Shown here one piece after another: positions 46,757-56,860 of a stretch of DNA of 64,000 bases. Source of the stretch: Schizochytrium sp. TIO01 (taxonomy: Eukaryota; Protista; Bigyra: Labyrinthulomycetes); the NCBI GenBank assembly GCA_004764695.1, contig SMSO01000034.1, positions 2,914,001 to 2,978,000 on the forward strand, read 5' to 3'. How positions within the stretch are numbered: position 1 is the stretch's first letter; each line of letters opens with the position of its first letter. The notes under the pieces were generated by a model. It was not told where the DNA came from and did no database searches. It worked only from the letters and a program-made list of their open reading frames with translations. A program made the translations under genes and the position numbers.

Positions 46757-48115
46757 ATGGTGAAGTTACTTACTATATTAGCCTTGCTTCTTGGCACACT
46801 TCAAGGGATCAAGGCAGATAATGGAGATTATCTACTTACTTACCGTATAGTTCAATATTCGAACTCTCCACAATGTTCAAGATTTTGGGGGGAGCTTCAC
46901 TACGTAGGCTACACGAACACTGGCGATCGTACTGAATGTTTCGCTTTATGTAACCAACTTTCTGATTGTAATGGCCTCTCAACTATCGACGACACAGATC
47001 CAAGTGCTGTAGGACAATGCTACTTGTACTTTACACCCGGCTTAATTCCCCAGTCACTTCCAGATCTGTATGGTGCTCCACCTTCTGTCACTTCGGACAG
47101 TGGTCACTACACTTTCCCATATTTTTATGAATATGACGCCTATGATTACGACCATCCAACATATACTTATGCATGTTTCTGGAGACTTGCGACGACTGCA
47201 AGCCCGACTGTAAGCCCCGCTGTAAGCCCGACTGCAAGCCCGACTGCAAGCCCGACTGCAAGCCCGACTGCAAGCCCGACTGCAAGCCCGACTGCAAGCC
47301 CGACTGTAAGCCCGACTGCAAGCCCGACTGCAAGCCCGACTGCAAGCCCGACTGCAAGCCCGACTGCAAGCCCGACTGCAAGTCCGACTGCAAGCCCGAC
47401 TGCAAGCCCAACTGCAAGCCCAACTGCAAGCCCGACTGTAAGTCCTACTGCAAGCCCGACTGTAAGTCCTACTGCAAGCCCGACTGCAAGTCCTACTGCA
47501 AGCCCGACTGTAAGCCCGACTGCAAGCCCAACTGCAAGCCCAACTGTAAGCCCTACCTCATGCTCGGCTCGCATAATGGTAGCATTTGACTCTACATTTA
47601 AAAGACGAAAAAATGGGGGTATGAAGGAGACAGTGAAGATCCTGATTGAGTTTGTCAATGCTCTCCCAATAGGAAGTGGAGTTTCAATGGGGCTTTTACA
47701 GGTCGGCAGCTCCTCAGCACTTGAGCAAGTTGATATTGATTCCGCCAATGGTCACGACGCATCGCACATTTTAAATATGATTTCAACTTTGAGATCGAAG
47801 CGAAGTAAGCGCACTAAATTGGCCCCTCTATTCGGGACATACGCAACAAAAGTTAGTAGCCCAACTGTTTCAAGCTACATTCTATTTGTTAGTGATGGCA
47901 ATGCTAATTCTGATGCTAAACGCAAAATTGAGCTGGCAAGACAGATGAAGCTTCGTTTAGGAGCCGACGCTCCGAAAGTGCTGTGCTTTCAAACATTGTA
48001 TTGGAGGAGAACTTTTTTCCTGAAGAACCTATGCGACGTGGTGTATTTCCAAGGCAATAAGGGGGTTTCTCACGCTACGATAGCTAGCCGAATTGTTGAT
48101 AAGATCTGCAATTGA
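46757..48115 (+). CDS. Secreted protein: signal peptide, PAN/apple-like Cys domain, (TASP)30 mucin-like stalk, VWA-like domain
   Basis: [13 protein letters not shown] signal peptide. C..CFALC....DC...CYLY is a PAN pattern. RIMVAFDS...MGLLQ...ILFVSDG are VWA strands. Confidence 0.85.
   Translation: MVKLLTILALLLGTLQGIKADNGDYLLTYRIVQYSNSPQCSRFWGELHYVGYTNTGDRTECFALCNQLSDCNGLSTIDDTDPSAVGQCYLYFTPGLIPQSLPDLYGAPPSVTSDSGHYTFPYFYEYDAYDYDHPTYTYACFWRLATTASPTVSPAVSPTASPTASPTASPTASPTASPTASPTVSPTASPTASPTASPTASPTASPTASPTASPTASPTASPTASPTVSPTASPTVSPTASPTASPTASPTVSPTASPTASPTVSPTSCSARIMVAFDSTFKRRKNGGMKETVKILIEFVNALPIGSGVSMGLLQVGSSSALEQVDIDSANGHDASHILNMISTLRSKRSKRTKLAPLFGTYATKVSSPTVSSYILFVSDGNANSDAKRKIELARQMKLRLGADAPKVLCFQTLYWRRTFFLKNLCDVVYFQGNKGVSHATIASRIVDKICN
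47195..47554 (+). repeat. Coding 12-bp tandem repeat (ACTGCAAGCCCG) x30 encoding T-A/V-S-P
   Basis: Directly visible; open in several frames because the unit length is a multiple of 3. Confidence 0.97.
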
Positions 48116-48928
48116 AGATGCTGAAGCAGTAGCAAAGTTGAAATTTTGCTGTGCAGTTTTCTTATAAATAAAGAATCACGTTTACAAAATTTTATCAATC
48201 AAATTATGAATATAAGGGTTCTATTATTATTCATTCGGTAGGGTTTAACCCAGGGTTATTAGAAGTGTACTATACTAAGCTTTTTACTTTAATCAAAATG
48301 CAGCTATGTCTTATAATTAGCTGAGAAGTCAAAGCAACCTGAAGATCGATTTCAGTAGTCCGTGGAGTAGAGTAGTCTGGAACTGCGTGACAGTAGGTTA
48401 AACTTATTGCGATTTGCCGAATTATGAGACTAGACCATTGCAAGATACCTACTAGAAAAGCATCATTTATAAAGAAGAAAAGTATTCCAAGTCCTGGCTA
48501 GAAAAAAAAATAAGCATCTCTCTTTTGCACTTACTTGTCTCAAACTTCATCGAAGGAGTAAATTACGAAACAAAACTTCATTCGCACCCAAAAAGTCAGC
48601 TCTAGTTGAAACGAAGACGTGCGAATATGAGTTTAGGCCTGGTCTGATTGCTTAGTTCATTTTGTCAAGATGCTCAAATGCAACGCGTGCTAAGAGGCAT
48701 ACCTTATTGTGAAATTAGTTACTTTCAAAGGGGATAAAATCGTCCGTGTTTGCAAATTCTTAGCTTTCGTTGATGTATAATATATTCATGCTCTTAGTTG
48801 TGAGCAACACATAAAAAATATTCCTTTCAAATTTAAATGAATGTTAAGGTGTTTCGAGGTATAAAAGGCTTTGAAGGACTCTCCTTAAATCAAAAATTAT
48901 AGATGCCTCAGATTTTGCTAGGAAGCTT

Positions 48929-51481
48929 TTATTTGCGTTTAGGAATTTGCAACTGTTTGCACGGAGTAGATCTGGGTTCATGAAGAAGTGTGTTCGCAGT
49001 ATCGGTGTTGTTAATAGTGTTGCTCTCGCCGAGACCGTAGCTACCTCCAACACTTGCACCATCACCATGACTAGACGAAGGCGTAGAGTACCTCTGCGTT
49101 GAGGATGGCTTGCCTAATTCATTAGTTGCACTTCTTTTAGTTGGAAGTGGAGTTGACAATGTCTGGCCTACTCGCGCAGTAGAGAAATGTGAAGAGTTGA
49201 CAGAGCCGTGCAATGCCAGCGGCTTTACATGAACTGGTACGCGTGATGAACCAGAGTTTGCCGTGGGCATAGCTTGGCGCGGCCGCCGTCGGAGAGACGT
49301 GTATGATGGCGTAAGGGTTTTTTCAGCCCGAGTCTGGAAGACGATTTGGTCCTGTACATTGGACGTAGACAATCCTGACTGTGAGGTAGAGGAAGTTTGG
49401 CGGCCAAAATAATTCCCAGATCCTGCGACTTTTGTAGCTCCTTCCAGGTGATCTAGAAAAGATGATGTAATTTCTAGGGCCTCTGTTTTGGATGGTTGTT
49501 TTAAAGACGTTTGGGATGGGGAGTCTCTCACAGCAGAGTATGTTTGGCCCTGGGTCATGGGCCTGGCTGATGTGGAGGACGAGGTTTGCTGTTGGAAGCC
49601 GGGCGTCTGTATCGTTCTTGATGTTGAAGATGACAATGTTCCTGATTGACTTTTATAATCTGAAGATGCCGAAGCTTGAGGTTGGCGGTCATATTGTGCA
49701 CGAGAACGTGTTGGCTCAGAGTTCTCAAGCAAACCTCCGAGACGCTGCATAGCACCTGCTTTTAGACCAAACGGTGTTGCAGAGTCTTCTTGGGATTGGA
49801 CAAGCCATTGGCGCACCTTCAGGCGATCCTGGTCTTTTGTAGAGCTAGTGTTGCCAGTTGCATTGCGTTCTATGTCTTCGTTGTGCGTGTCGCGCGCTTG
49901 CTGTGACTGATTATGCATGATATGTAATGCTACGAGCATGTCGTATGCAACACGCGTTTCTGCAGAGTCAGTGCTCCTGGTTTTTGACTCAAGCACACTT
50001 TGTACTGCTTCAAGTTCCTCATGAAGAAATGGTGTTTTCAGAAAGATCTCGGAGAGTAGCATTCTGTCTTCCTGGGCCTCCTTCCACATGCGCGTGAGAA
50101 CCTTGGTGAGAGCGTTCTCGAGGGCAGGTGGCTGCCGCACGAGGACGAGGAGCTTCATCCACTGTTGCCGCCAGAGTTCATCGCGGTCTCCAAGCTGAAT
50201 ATCGTCCATTAAAATGTCTAGTACCACGCCCCGTGCTGGGTGGAGGCTTGGCCATAGCTCTTCACTGGCTGAATTCAACATATGCAAAGCCGGTCCGATC
50301 AGACTGCGTTCCCTTAACGCTTTTACCACGAAATACCCATCCGGAGCAAACTCGTAAAATGGATTCAGCGCTGCCCATAATTCCCGTAGTCGCAGCGGTG
50401 CTAAGATCTTTACGACCTGGGCTGCGGCCTTTTCCACGTCCTCAGCTACCACCATCACTGTTGCGTCATCCTCGTCAGAGCCACTCCCTGCTAGACCTGA
50501 TGATCTTTTGCTCATTGCGTAGTCCATTGGCTCTAGGTCCCCACTCTCACTTCCATCATCACTCTTGCTTGAATTTTTGGCTCCGTCGTCTTCACTGCAA
50601 GGAATCATCTGGAGCAGTGCGAGGCCGGCCACAGCCCGCGCCAGCTCTTGTTGCAGTCCTGCTGTCATCGCGAAGCGGGCCGCGGCCTCCACAAATTGTT
50701 GTCCCATTTGCGCAAGACTCCACTGTGCGTCCCTCTGCATTGCTTGTAGCGTGCAAAATAGCACGCAGCATCCTAGTGCTTCCACAGCCTGCTTACTGTT
50801 TGCACTGCGTATGGAGTCAGCGTCGGCTACGCTCACTGTCCTTGACCTTGGCGCGCCATCCTCATCGGCACCAAATGTCATCGCTAGAATTCTCGAGTAT
50901 GCCCCAAGACGACTGGCGGGGTTTGTCTCCTCGGCACCGAGACCGTTTCTGCTGATCTCATGGCCCTGGGTTTGGCTCCGCAGGTGTTTGCGGTTGAGCA
51001 ACGAGCGCTCAGCGCTGCTAAGATCTGTGTTTGGCGCCAGCGTTGCACGCGCCTGGGCAATGCGGAGCTTGCAGCGAAGAAGCTCAAGGGCGTCAATAAC
51101 ACCAGTCTGCGTCTGCTGCAATCCCTTCTCGAGAGCTGCTACGCGGCCAGAGTCGCGTTGCACATCCATGCGCTCCGCATCAAGCTCAGCGCGCTGCAGG
51201 CCAATCATGAGCCCAGCCACCTCGCTGCGTACGCGAACGGACCACGCAAGGTCGCGCCACAATTCATTCCCAGAGTTTGAGGCGTCAGAGTTGCGACGCC
51301 CGCGTTGGTGAGGCGCGACGGCGGCAGCGACTTGGCCGTCGAGTGCCTCGACTTCATCGGAAAGCCATGAGAGCACACGGCGTTCCGCCCAAGGCCGACC
51401 GCCGCAGGAGGGGGCAACCTCAGCGAGTAGTAGGGCCTCAGCGCGCTCCCATGCGCCCTCAGAGCTGCTATACGCCGCCAT
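48929..51481 (-). CDS. ELYS/AHCTF1-like helical-domain protein with a Ser/Thr-rich disordered tail (putative nucleoporin)
   Basis: Long intact ORF, first ATG at 51481. FAMTAGL...VAGLALL, VVKALRE...ALHML and FLKTPFLHEE...DMLVALHI resemble ELYS-domain segments recalled from memory. Confidence 0.5.
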   Translation of the reverse strand: MAAYSSSEGAWERAEALLLAEVAPSCGGRPWAERRVLSWLSDEVEALDGQVAAAVAPHQRGRRNSDASNSGNELWRDLAWSVRVRSEVAGLMIGLQRAELDAERMDVQRDSGRVAALEKGLQQTQTGVIDALELLRCKLRIAQARATLAPNTDLSSAERSLLNRKHLRSQTQGHEISRNGLGAEETNPASRLGAYSRILAMTFGADEDGAPRSRTVSVADADSIRSANSKQAVEALGCCVLFCTLQAMQRDAQWSLAQMGQQFVEAAARFAMTAGLQQELARAVAGLALLQMIPCSEDDGAKNSSKSDDGSESGDLEPMDYAMSKRSSGLAGSGSDEDDATVMVVAEDVEKAAAQVVKILAPLRLRELWAALNPFYEFAPDGYFVVKALRERSLIGPALHMLNSASEELWPSLHPARGVVLDILMDDIQLGDRDELWRQQWMKLLVLVRQPPALENALTKVLTRMWKEAQEDRMLLSEIFLKTPFLHEELEAVQSVLESKTRSTDSAETRVAYDMLVALHIMHNQSQQARDTHNEDIERNATGNTSSTKDQDRLKVRQWLVQSQEDSATPFGLKAGAMQRLGGLLENSEPTRSRAQYDRQPQASASSDYKSQSGTLSSSTSRTIQTPGFQQQTSSSTSARPMTQGQTYSAVRDSPSQTSLKQPSKTEALEITSSFLDHLEGATKVAGSGNYFGRQTSSTSQSGLSTSNVQDQIVFQTRAEKTLTPSYTSLRRRPRQAMPTANSGSSRVPVHVKPLALHGSVNSSHFSTARVGQTLSTPLPTKRSATNELGKPSSTQRYSTPSSSHGDGASVGGSYGLGESNTINNTDTANTLLHEPRSTPCKQLQIPKRK

Positions 51482-53060
51482 CGGAGCCGACCAGAACACC
51501 TCGCCAGATGGAGCCCGCTTCAAATCAGTTTGGCGACGACCTTTGGAGAAAGAAGGCACTCTAAAATCCTTTGGTCTCCTCCACGCAAGAGAAGATTAGG
51601 CACTATAGTCTACTGTGCAAAAACATTGTTCACTGTAGGTTTCCAATTACTCACTGTAGAGTTCTCGCCTACTATAGACTATTCCTCCTCTCTTCAGGTA
51701 GTGGTCGAACGAAGGTAGTTAGTTAGGTCGATACCTACAGCGCTTTATGCCATCATAAAATGAGCAAGAACTTCTCTCAAACTACTTCGCATCGTGTCAT
51801 TGGCAAGAGGCAGAAGTGCCATGAAATGAGAAGGGTTCCCATCACTCTCACTCAAGAGTGCATTGCTTCGACGTTGAGGTTTTGCCTGAGTGAAAGGGAT
51901 GCTGGTGCCACCCTTCAGATGGTGAGCGAGGTGCGAGAGCAGCAATCCCTTCAAAGGAGTTTCAACCCGTTGGCAGTCAATATGCACGCAAAATCTACCA
52001 ACCCACTGGTATCTGGGAACCATGGTACGAGCCAACGTAGGTTGAGAGTGGATGTGATCTTCGGGTTGTTATAAAACATCGTGGTCACAGGTAGACACTC
52101 CTTCTGCTGTTCGAAATGCTTGAGTGGAAATGCCGATTGAGCGTATAGACACGTTGAAAACTTTAATTGATTGGTTGAACAACTTGGCAATGGGACATGT
52201 GACAGAGATAGCGCACTAAAAGGTATTGGCATAGCGTGGCTATTGGCTAGTGCAAAGGAAGATTTTGGGATGAGTTATTGAGGTGTAGGAATGTGAGACA
52301 AAATGGACGGACTAGTCATAACAAGCTGATTGCTTTAATGTGTTTCAAAGGGCCCAAGAGCTCCAAAAGGAAACTAGACTGGCCCTAGGAAAAACCTTTG
52401 CATCAGCAGAAGCTGTTTTTATCAAAGGAAATAAATCCGTGAATATTTTTATACCGGACTCCGGTTTGAAATATTCACTTAAACTCTTATTGAAAATATA
52501 TCAACTTTCGCAAGCACGATTGGTAAAGCAAATTATGAATGACTGCTGAAGCCACTATTGACTATCTTTGGCACTACCTACACCTGACAATGGAGGTTTT
52601 GTATGGTGCCCGTTTCAAGATCAGAACCTCATTCTAGGACGTGTTGGCTCCTACAGTACTGCGAGCGTGATATAGAAAGCATCCACCCCCCCTCGGACAC
52701 CGTAGATATGTCCCATGTATTGCCATGTTCGCAGTAACCAAAAATTGTTTTGCAGGAAGGCTAGAAGATATTGAGAATGTCCCGGTCGTTTCGCAATACT
52801 GTGGCATCATGATTTTCTCACCCTCTGTAAAACTTGCAATTCACAAGAATATCTGCTATCGTTGCTATTGAAATCGCTCTTGTCAGACAAGTGAAATGTA
52901 GAAACCTGCTAATAACCCCTCGTTGGATTATTTGAAGAAAAGTTCAAATCCAACATAGAGAGAATAGCGGCAGCGGTCTAACAATAAATGTGAAGTTTTA
53001 CTTCAGGTATGACTGGGCCCCAGAATGCACATTATATATTTAGCATAAACAATGTTATAT

Positions 53061-53138
53061 GAAGGTAAATATTTCTTAAGAGATTAATTGGAGTTACTGG
53101 AAGGTAAATCTTTCTTAAAAGATTAATTGGAGTTACTG
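53061..53138. repeat. 39-bp tandem duplication (2 copies, 2 mismatches)
   Basis: GAAGGTAAAT.TTTCTTAA.AGATTAATTGGAGTTACTG at 53061 and 53100. Confidence 0.95.
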
Positions 53139-54823
53139 GGATATCTAGACTTTCACGAGATAAAATGATGTTCTTCAATTCGAACAGTTGTTGAATAGTG
53201 CCATTACGCTAGTTCATGGTACACTGCAAATGCTGAACAGAGATCACCAGTCCAAGTATTGTTTGCACGATCTCTAGAAAAGATAACTTAATAAGCTGAA
53301 AGGTCTAGTCAACCTAAAGTGGATGAAACTTGGATGAAACTGAAGGTACACCGTAGCAAGTAACATGCAATCAATTGTCTTTTAATCCTTAAAACCTGAG
53401 ATTGTGATGGGGGGGTGGGGAGGTACCCTAAACTTACGATCTTTTCGTTATGCAAATCACATCCGTATGAACCAAGTTGATGCGATGTAAATTAGCCAAC
53501 CTTAATATTAACCCTAGAGGTCAGCAGATTGTTAAGCCTGAAAGCGTACGTTTATCTTCACTTTTGAAAGCTTCAAACTTTATCGCATACGGTGATCTAT
53601 TTGTTTGTGTTTGAAGCTCTAGCTCTTCAGTACGCTAAATGTAATAATAAGCTCAGGGAAGCATGCAACAGACCCCATCAATTGTCTGAAGCATCCATAC
53701 CTTAGGCATATCTCTACCTGATTTTCTGTTTATTACTTCAATCTATTTGTTGATTTTGGACAATTAAGCCTTTACGTTCATATCATTTACAAGTCTCAGT
53801 TTATTGATCAAAATACCACCTCATTATCTACAGGTAGCGCATTAACAGCATATTATAAAAGCTAGTTGCTGCTTTGACTTAAGTCTCTTACAAGGTTACG
53901 TTCTGATAGATGTAGCCACTCATCAGCGATAGTGCATGAAAGTCAAAGTCCAGTCTTCTGTCCACAATTCAGTCTTTTGTCTTGTAACTAGACAATTCAC
54001 TGCTGCTTAGCCGCAGAGATAGATTATAAAGGCGATATCCTTCAACAACAAAAAATTGCGGCAGTTTATAGCAGCTATGCGGCCAAAAGCAAAATATCTC
54101 AGCATGCTATAACTCCCCGATTCTTCAAGGTCCTCCGGCTTCTTCTCCACTCTTCTTCACTGGCAGGAAATCCATACGTCTGCTATAGTACTGGATGACT
54201 GTGCTAGCGATTCGTAATGAGCAGTGGACCCTGATTGCTGAACAGACTACCTCTTCAAGGTGTGCAAGTCTGGCTAGATTTTTTTCGCTTTTTACTGCTT
54301 TTCAAAGCGGCTAATGGATTTTTCCTTACATATTACTCAATACGAAATACAAGGTTGTTGGTTCAGGCAATTTCAAATTGTGATACGAACAGTTTTCACG
54401 CTGGTGTTGGATGCTCGGTGGGAGCATCATAGTAGTAGTATAACTCTTCATCATGCCAGTGTAGTCCTCAATTCAGCAGTCCACTGCTAAACTTTTGAGT
54501 CTTGTACTAATCACACATGATTGTAGTATGTGGTAAATATTAACCGAATTAGTATATACATTTCTTTTATTCAGCGCAAGGGGAAATAGTTGCATAGGAT
54601 AGTTAGTACCAAGTACTTAAACGCAAGTAGCAATTCTAGGTAGGTACTGGTAAGGGTATTCACGGTTGACGCCTAGTTTGTGAGGAAGGCAATGCTTCTT
54701 CATTGACACCAGCTTCTAATTATAGCGCATTCGAGATGGAGCTAAAGATGGGATGCAAACTTGCAACTCATTTCAGAACTTCTTAAGCATTGTCAAAATC
54801 CCATAGTAGATTAGAAAGTTAAG

Positions 54824-56860
54824 ATGATCCCTCAAAATAGCAACTCAGGTATCTTGAACTCTGACGGCATAGCATTTACAGTTCCCAATGAAAGCTCTGC
54901 AGATACAACAAAAGACAACGGTCTTGATCCTAGCGACGAGGGAAATGTTGGCATTCTTATGTCGCCCGAAGTAGGGCAAACGCCTGGAAGACGATCTATG
55001 GCAGGCTCCTGGCAAGTGAAGCCGGAACCTGGTGCAGAGCTTCCAAACAATATCAAGTATGTTGAGCAACTGTCAGAGGTCCCCCAGACTTACCTCTCTG
55101 ATGATCCTAGACGTCCATTGCTGAGCAACGATGCTCACGGCGATTCGTACACATACGTACTGAGGCCCCTGTATTACTGCGTTGTGCTGATTTTATTGAT
55201 GGAACTTCTTGAACGTCTATCGTACTATGGCATCAATTTCACGCAGACGGCCTATCTTACAGGCGCCTATGGGCCTTGGAGTCCAAATCTTTCTTCAACA
55301 CAAGCAAGTTCATGGGTGTTGACGTCTACAGCTATTGCATATTCAATTCCTTTTCTGGGCGCAATTATATCTGATGGGTTTCTTGGGAACTATTATACAA
55401 TCCTGATATTCTCTGCGCTCATTTACATACCAGGTCTTCTTATTATTGCGCTCAGTACCAATGAGAGCATCTTTGGTGGCTCTTCTTATCCAACATCTCT
55501 TTTGGCTGCTGGTCTTCTTGGGCTTTACCCCATTGGAGCTGGCGGAATCAAAGCGTGTGTTAATGTGATGGGAGCCCAGCAGTACCATCCCTTGCTACAG
55601 AAGAGTATGATTTCTAGATACTACGTCGCTTTCTACATGTTCATAAACATTGGCGCACTAGTTGGAGGCATCACAATCCCAATCATTATTCAATACAACG
55701 TTTTCGCAGCCTACATGATTCCGGTCGTTGGCCTGAGTCTTGGCGTTATTGTGTTTTATCTTGGCACCCCACGCTACGTGCGAATGAAGCCTCAAGGGTC
55801 TGACATATTGGAAAGCTTGAAGGCAGTCGCTGCAAGCCTGAAGAATTGTCCTCCAAGCATGGAACGCATCAAGTCGAGCAACGGAGGTTCATATGAGGAC
55901 GCTTTCATTGAGAAGGTGAAAATTATTGCTCGCCTTGTACCGATTATGCTACTCGTTGTGCCATTCAATATGGCCTACAGCCAAATGTCGAATGTGTTCG
56001 TCATACAAGGAAACGTCATGCGCTCAGTAGGGTTCATTGATGCCTCTTGGATGCAAAATTTCGATGCTTTTTCTGTTCTACTTTCTGGAGCAGTGACGAG
56101 TATATTTTTATTCCCGCGCTTGGAGCAGGCAGGTATGATGCCGCATATGCTCACCAAATTTGCCATCGGATCTGGTTTTGGTGCCCTCGCGCTTTTGGCA
56201 GATATTGTGATTGATTACGAAATTCATGCCGTATATGATTCAAGTGGAGAGCAGATTTCTGTTCTCTGGCAGATTTTTCCTTTCTTTTTCATCGGCATGG
56301 GGGAAATCTTTGCGATTTCTTCTGCTTACGATGCCGCCTTTCAAATTAGTCCTGATGGAATGAAGTCATTTGGTTCCGCATTGAACCTCTTTATGGTGGG
56401 GGCTTTACCAAACTTCATTTCCGAGGCTATCCTCAACGCATGTGCGGTGTGGTTTCAAGCGGCAAATGGGAGCTCAAACCTCAACACACTCGAAAATTAT
56501 GCTCAAGCCCATGTCTATAACTACTTATGGGTTCTCTTTGGAATTGCCTCACTTGGGGTCATAATCAATTTGCTCCCTCCTTTGAAGGTATTCTATACGT
56601 GCACAGAAGAAAAATCAAACGCACTTGTTTCAGCAAGTCTCCGTAAAGAAGGCGCGAAAAATGCTCTGGAGCCTGCGTTGCCAGACGCTGGAATTAAGGT
56701 AGCCGAAACACCGACTTTCAATATTCACGAGAAAGCCTTACCGGTCGAAGCTCCTGAGGCAGTAGCTGTTGCAATCGACGTTCACAATGTCGAACCCAGC
56801 TCGCTGGGTAACCCAGAAACTCTAGTTCAAACTCAAAATGATGCTCCAAATCACGCCTGA
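54824..56860 (+). CDS. Proton-dependent oligopeptide transporter (POT/PTR2 family, MFS)
   Basis: ELLERLSYYG (ExxERxxYY), GAIISDGFLGNY, GAGGIKAC, FYMFINIGAL and GMGEIF; about 12 TM segments. Confidence 0.95.
   Translation: MIPQNSNSGILNSDGIAFTVPNESSADTTKDNGLDPSDEGNVGILMSPEVGQTPGRRSMAGSWQVKPEPGAELPNNIKYVEQLSEVPQTYLSDDPRRPLLSNDAHGDSYTYVLRPLYYCVVLILLMELLERLSYYGINFTQTAYLTGAYGPWSPNLSSTQASSWVLTSTAIAYSIPFLGAIISDGFLGNYYTILIFSALIYIPGLLIIALSTNESIFGGSSYPTSLLAAGLLGLYPIGAGGIKACVNVMGAQQYHPLLQKSMISRYYVAFYMFINIGALVGGITIPIIIQYNVFAAYMIPVVGLSLGVIVFYLGTPRYVRMKPQGSDILESLKAVAASLKNCPPSMERIKSSNGGSYEDAFIEKVKIIARLVPIMLLVVPFNMAYSQMSNVFVIQGNVMRSVGFIDASWMQNFDAFSVLLSGAVTSIFLFPRLEQAGMMPHMLTKFAIGSGFGALALLADIVIDYEIHAVYDSSGEQISVLWQIFPFFFIGMGEIFAISSAYDAAFQISPDGMKSFGSALNLFMVGALPNFISEAILNACAVWFQAANGSSNLNTLENYAQAHVYNYLWVLFGIASLGVIINLLPPLKVFYTCTEEKSNALVSASLRKEGAKNALEPALPDAGIKVAETPTFNIHEKALPVEAPEAVAVAIDVHNVEPSSLGNPETLVQTQNDAPNHA

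Noticed and set aside
47088-47748. Cys-rich (CKPD)n metallothionein-like ORF and antisense (LQSG)n/(VGLA)n ORFs
   Set aside because: Alternative frames of the 12-bp TASP repeat. Only the TASP frame links a signal peptide and folded domains, and unit variation is mostly synonymous or conservative in that frame.
50128-51311. Long antisense ORFs (also 31982..35399, 21096..22491, 532..1143)
   Set aside because: Shadows of GC-rich genes on the opposite strand, with no domain motifs.
10424-56860. Functional cluster of peptide/amino-acid uptake and degradation (CAT, TPP2, POT)
   Set aside because: Genes are more than 18 kb apart and interspersed with unrelated genes; no evidence of co-regulation.
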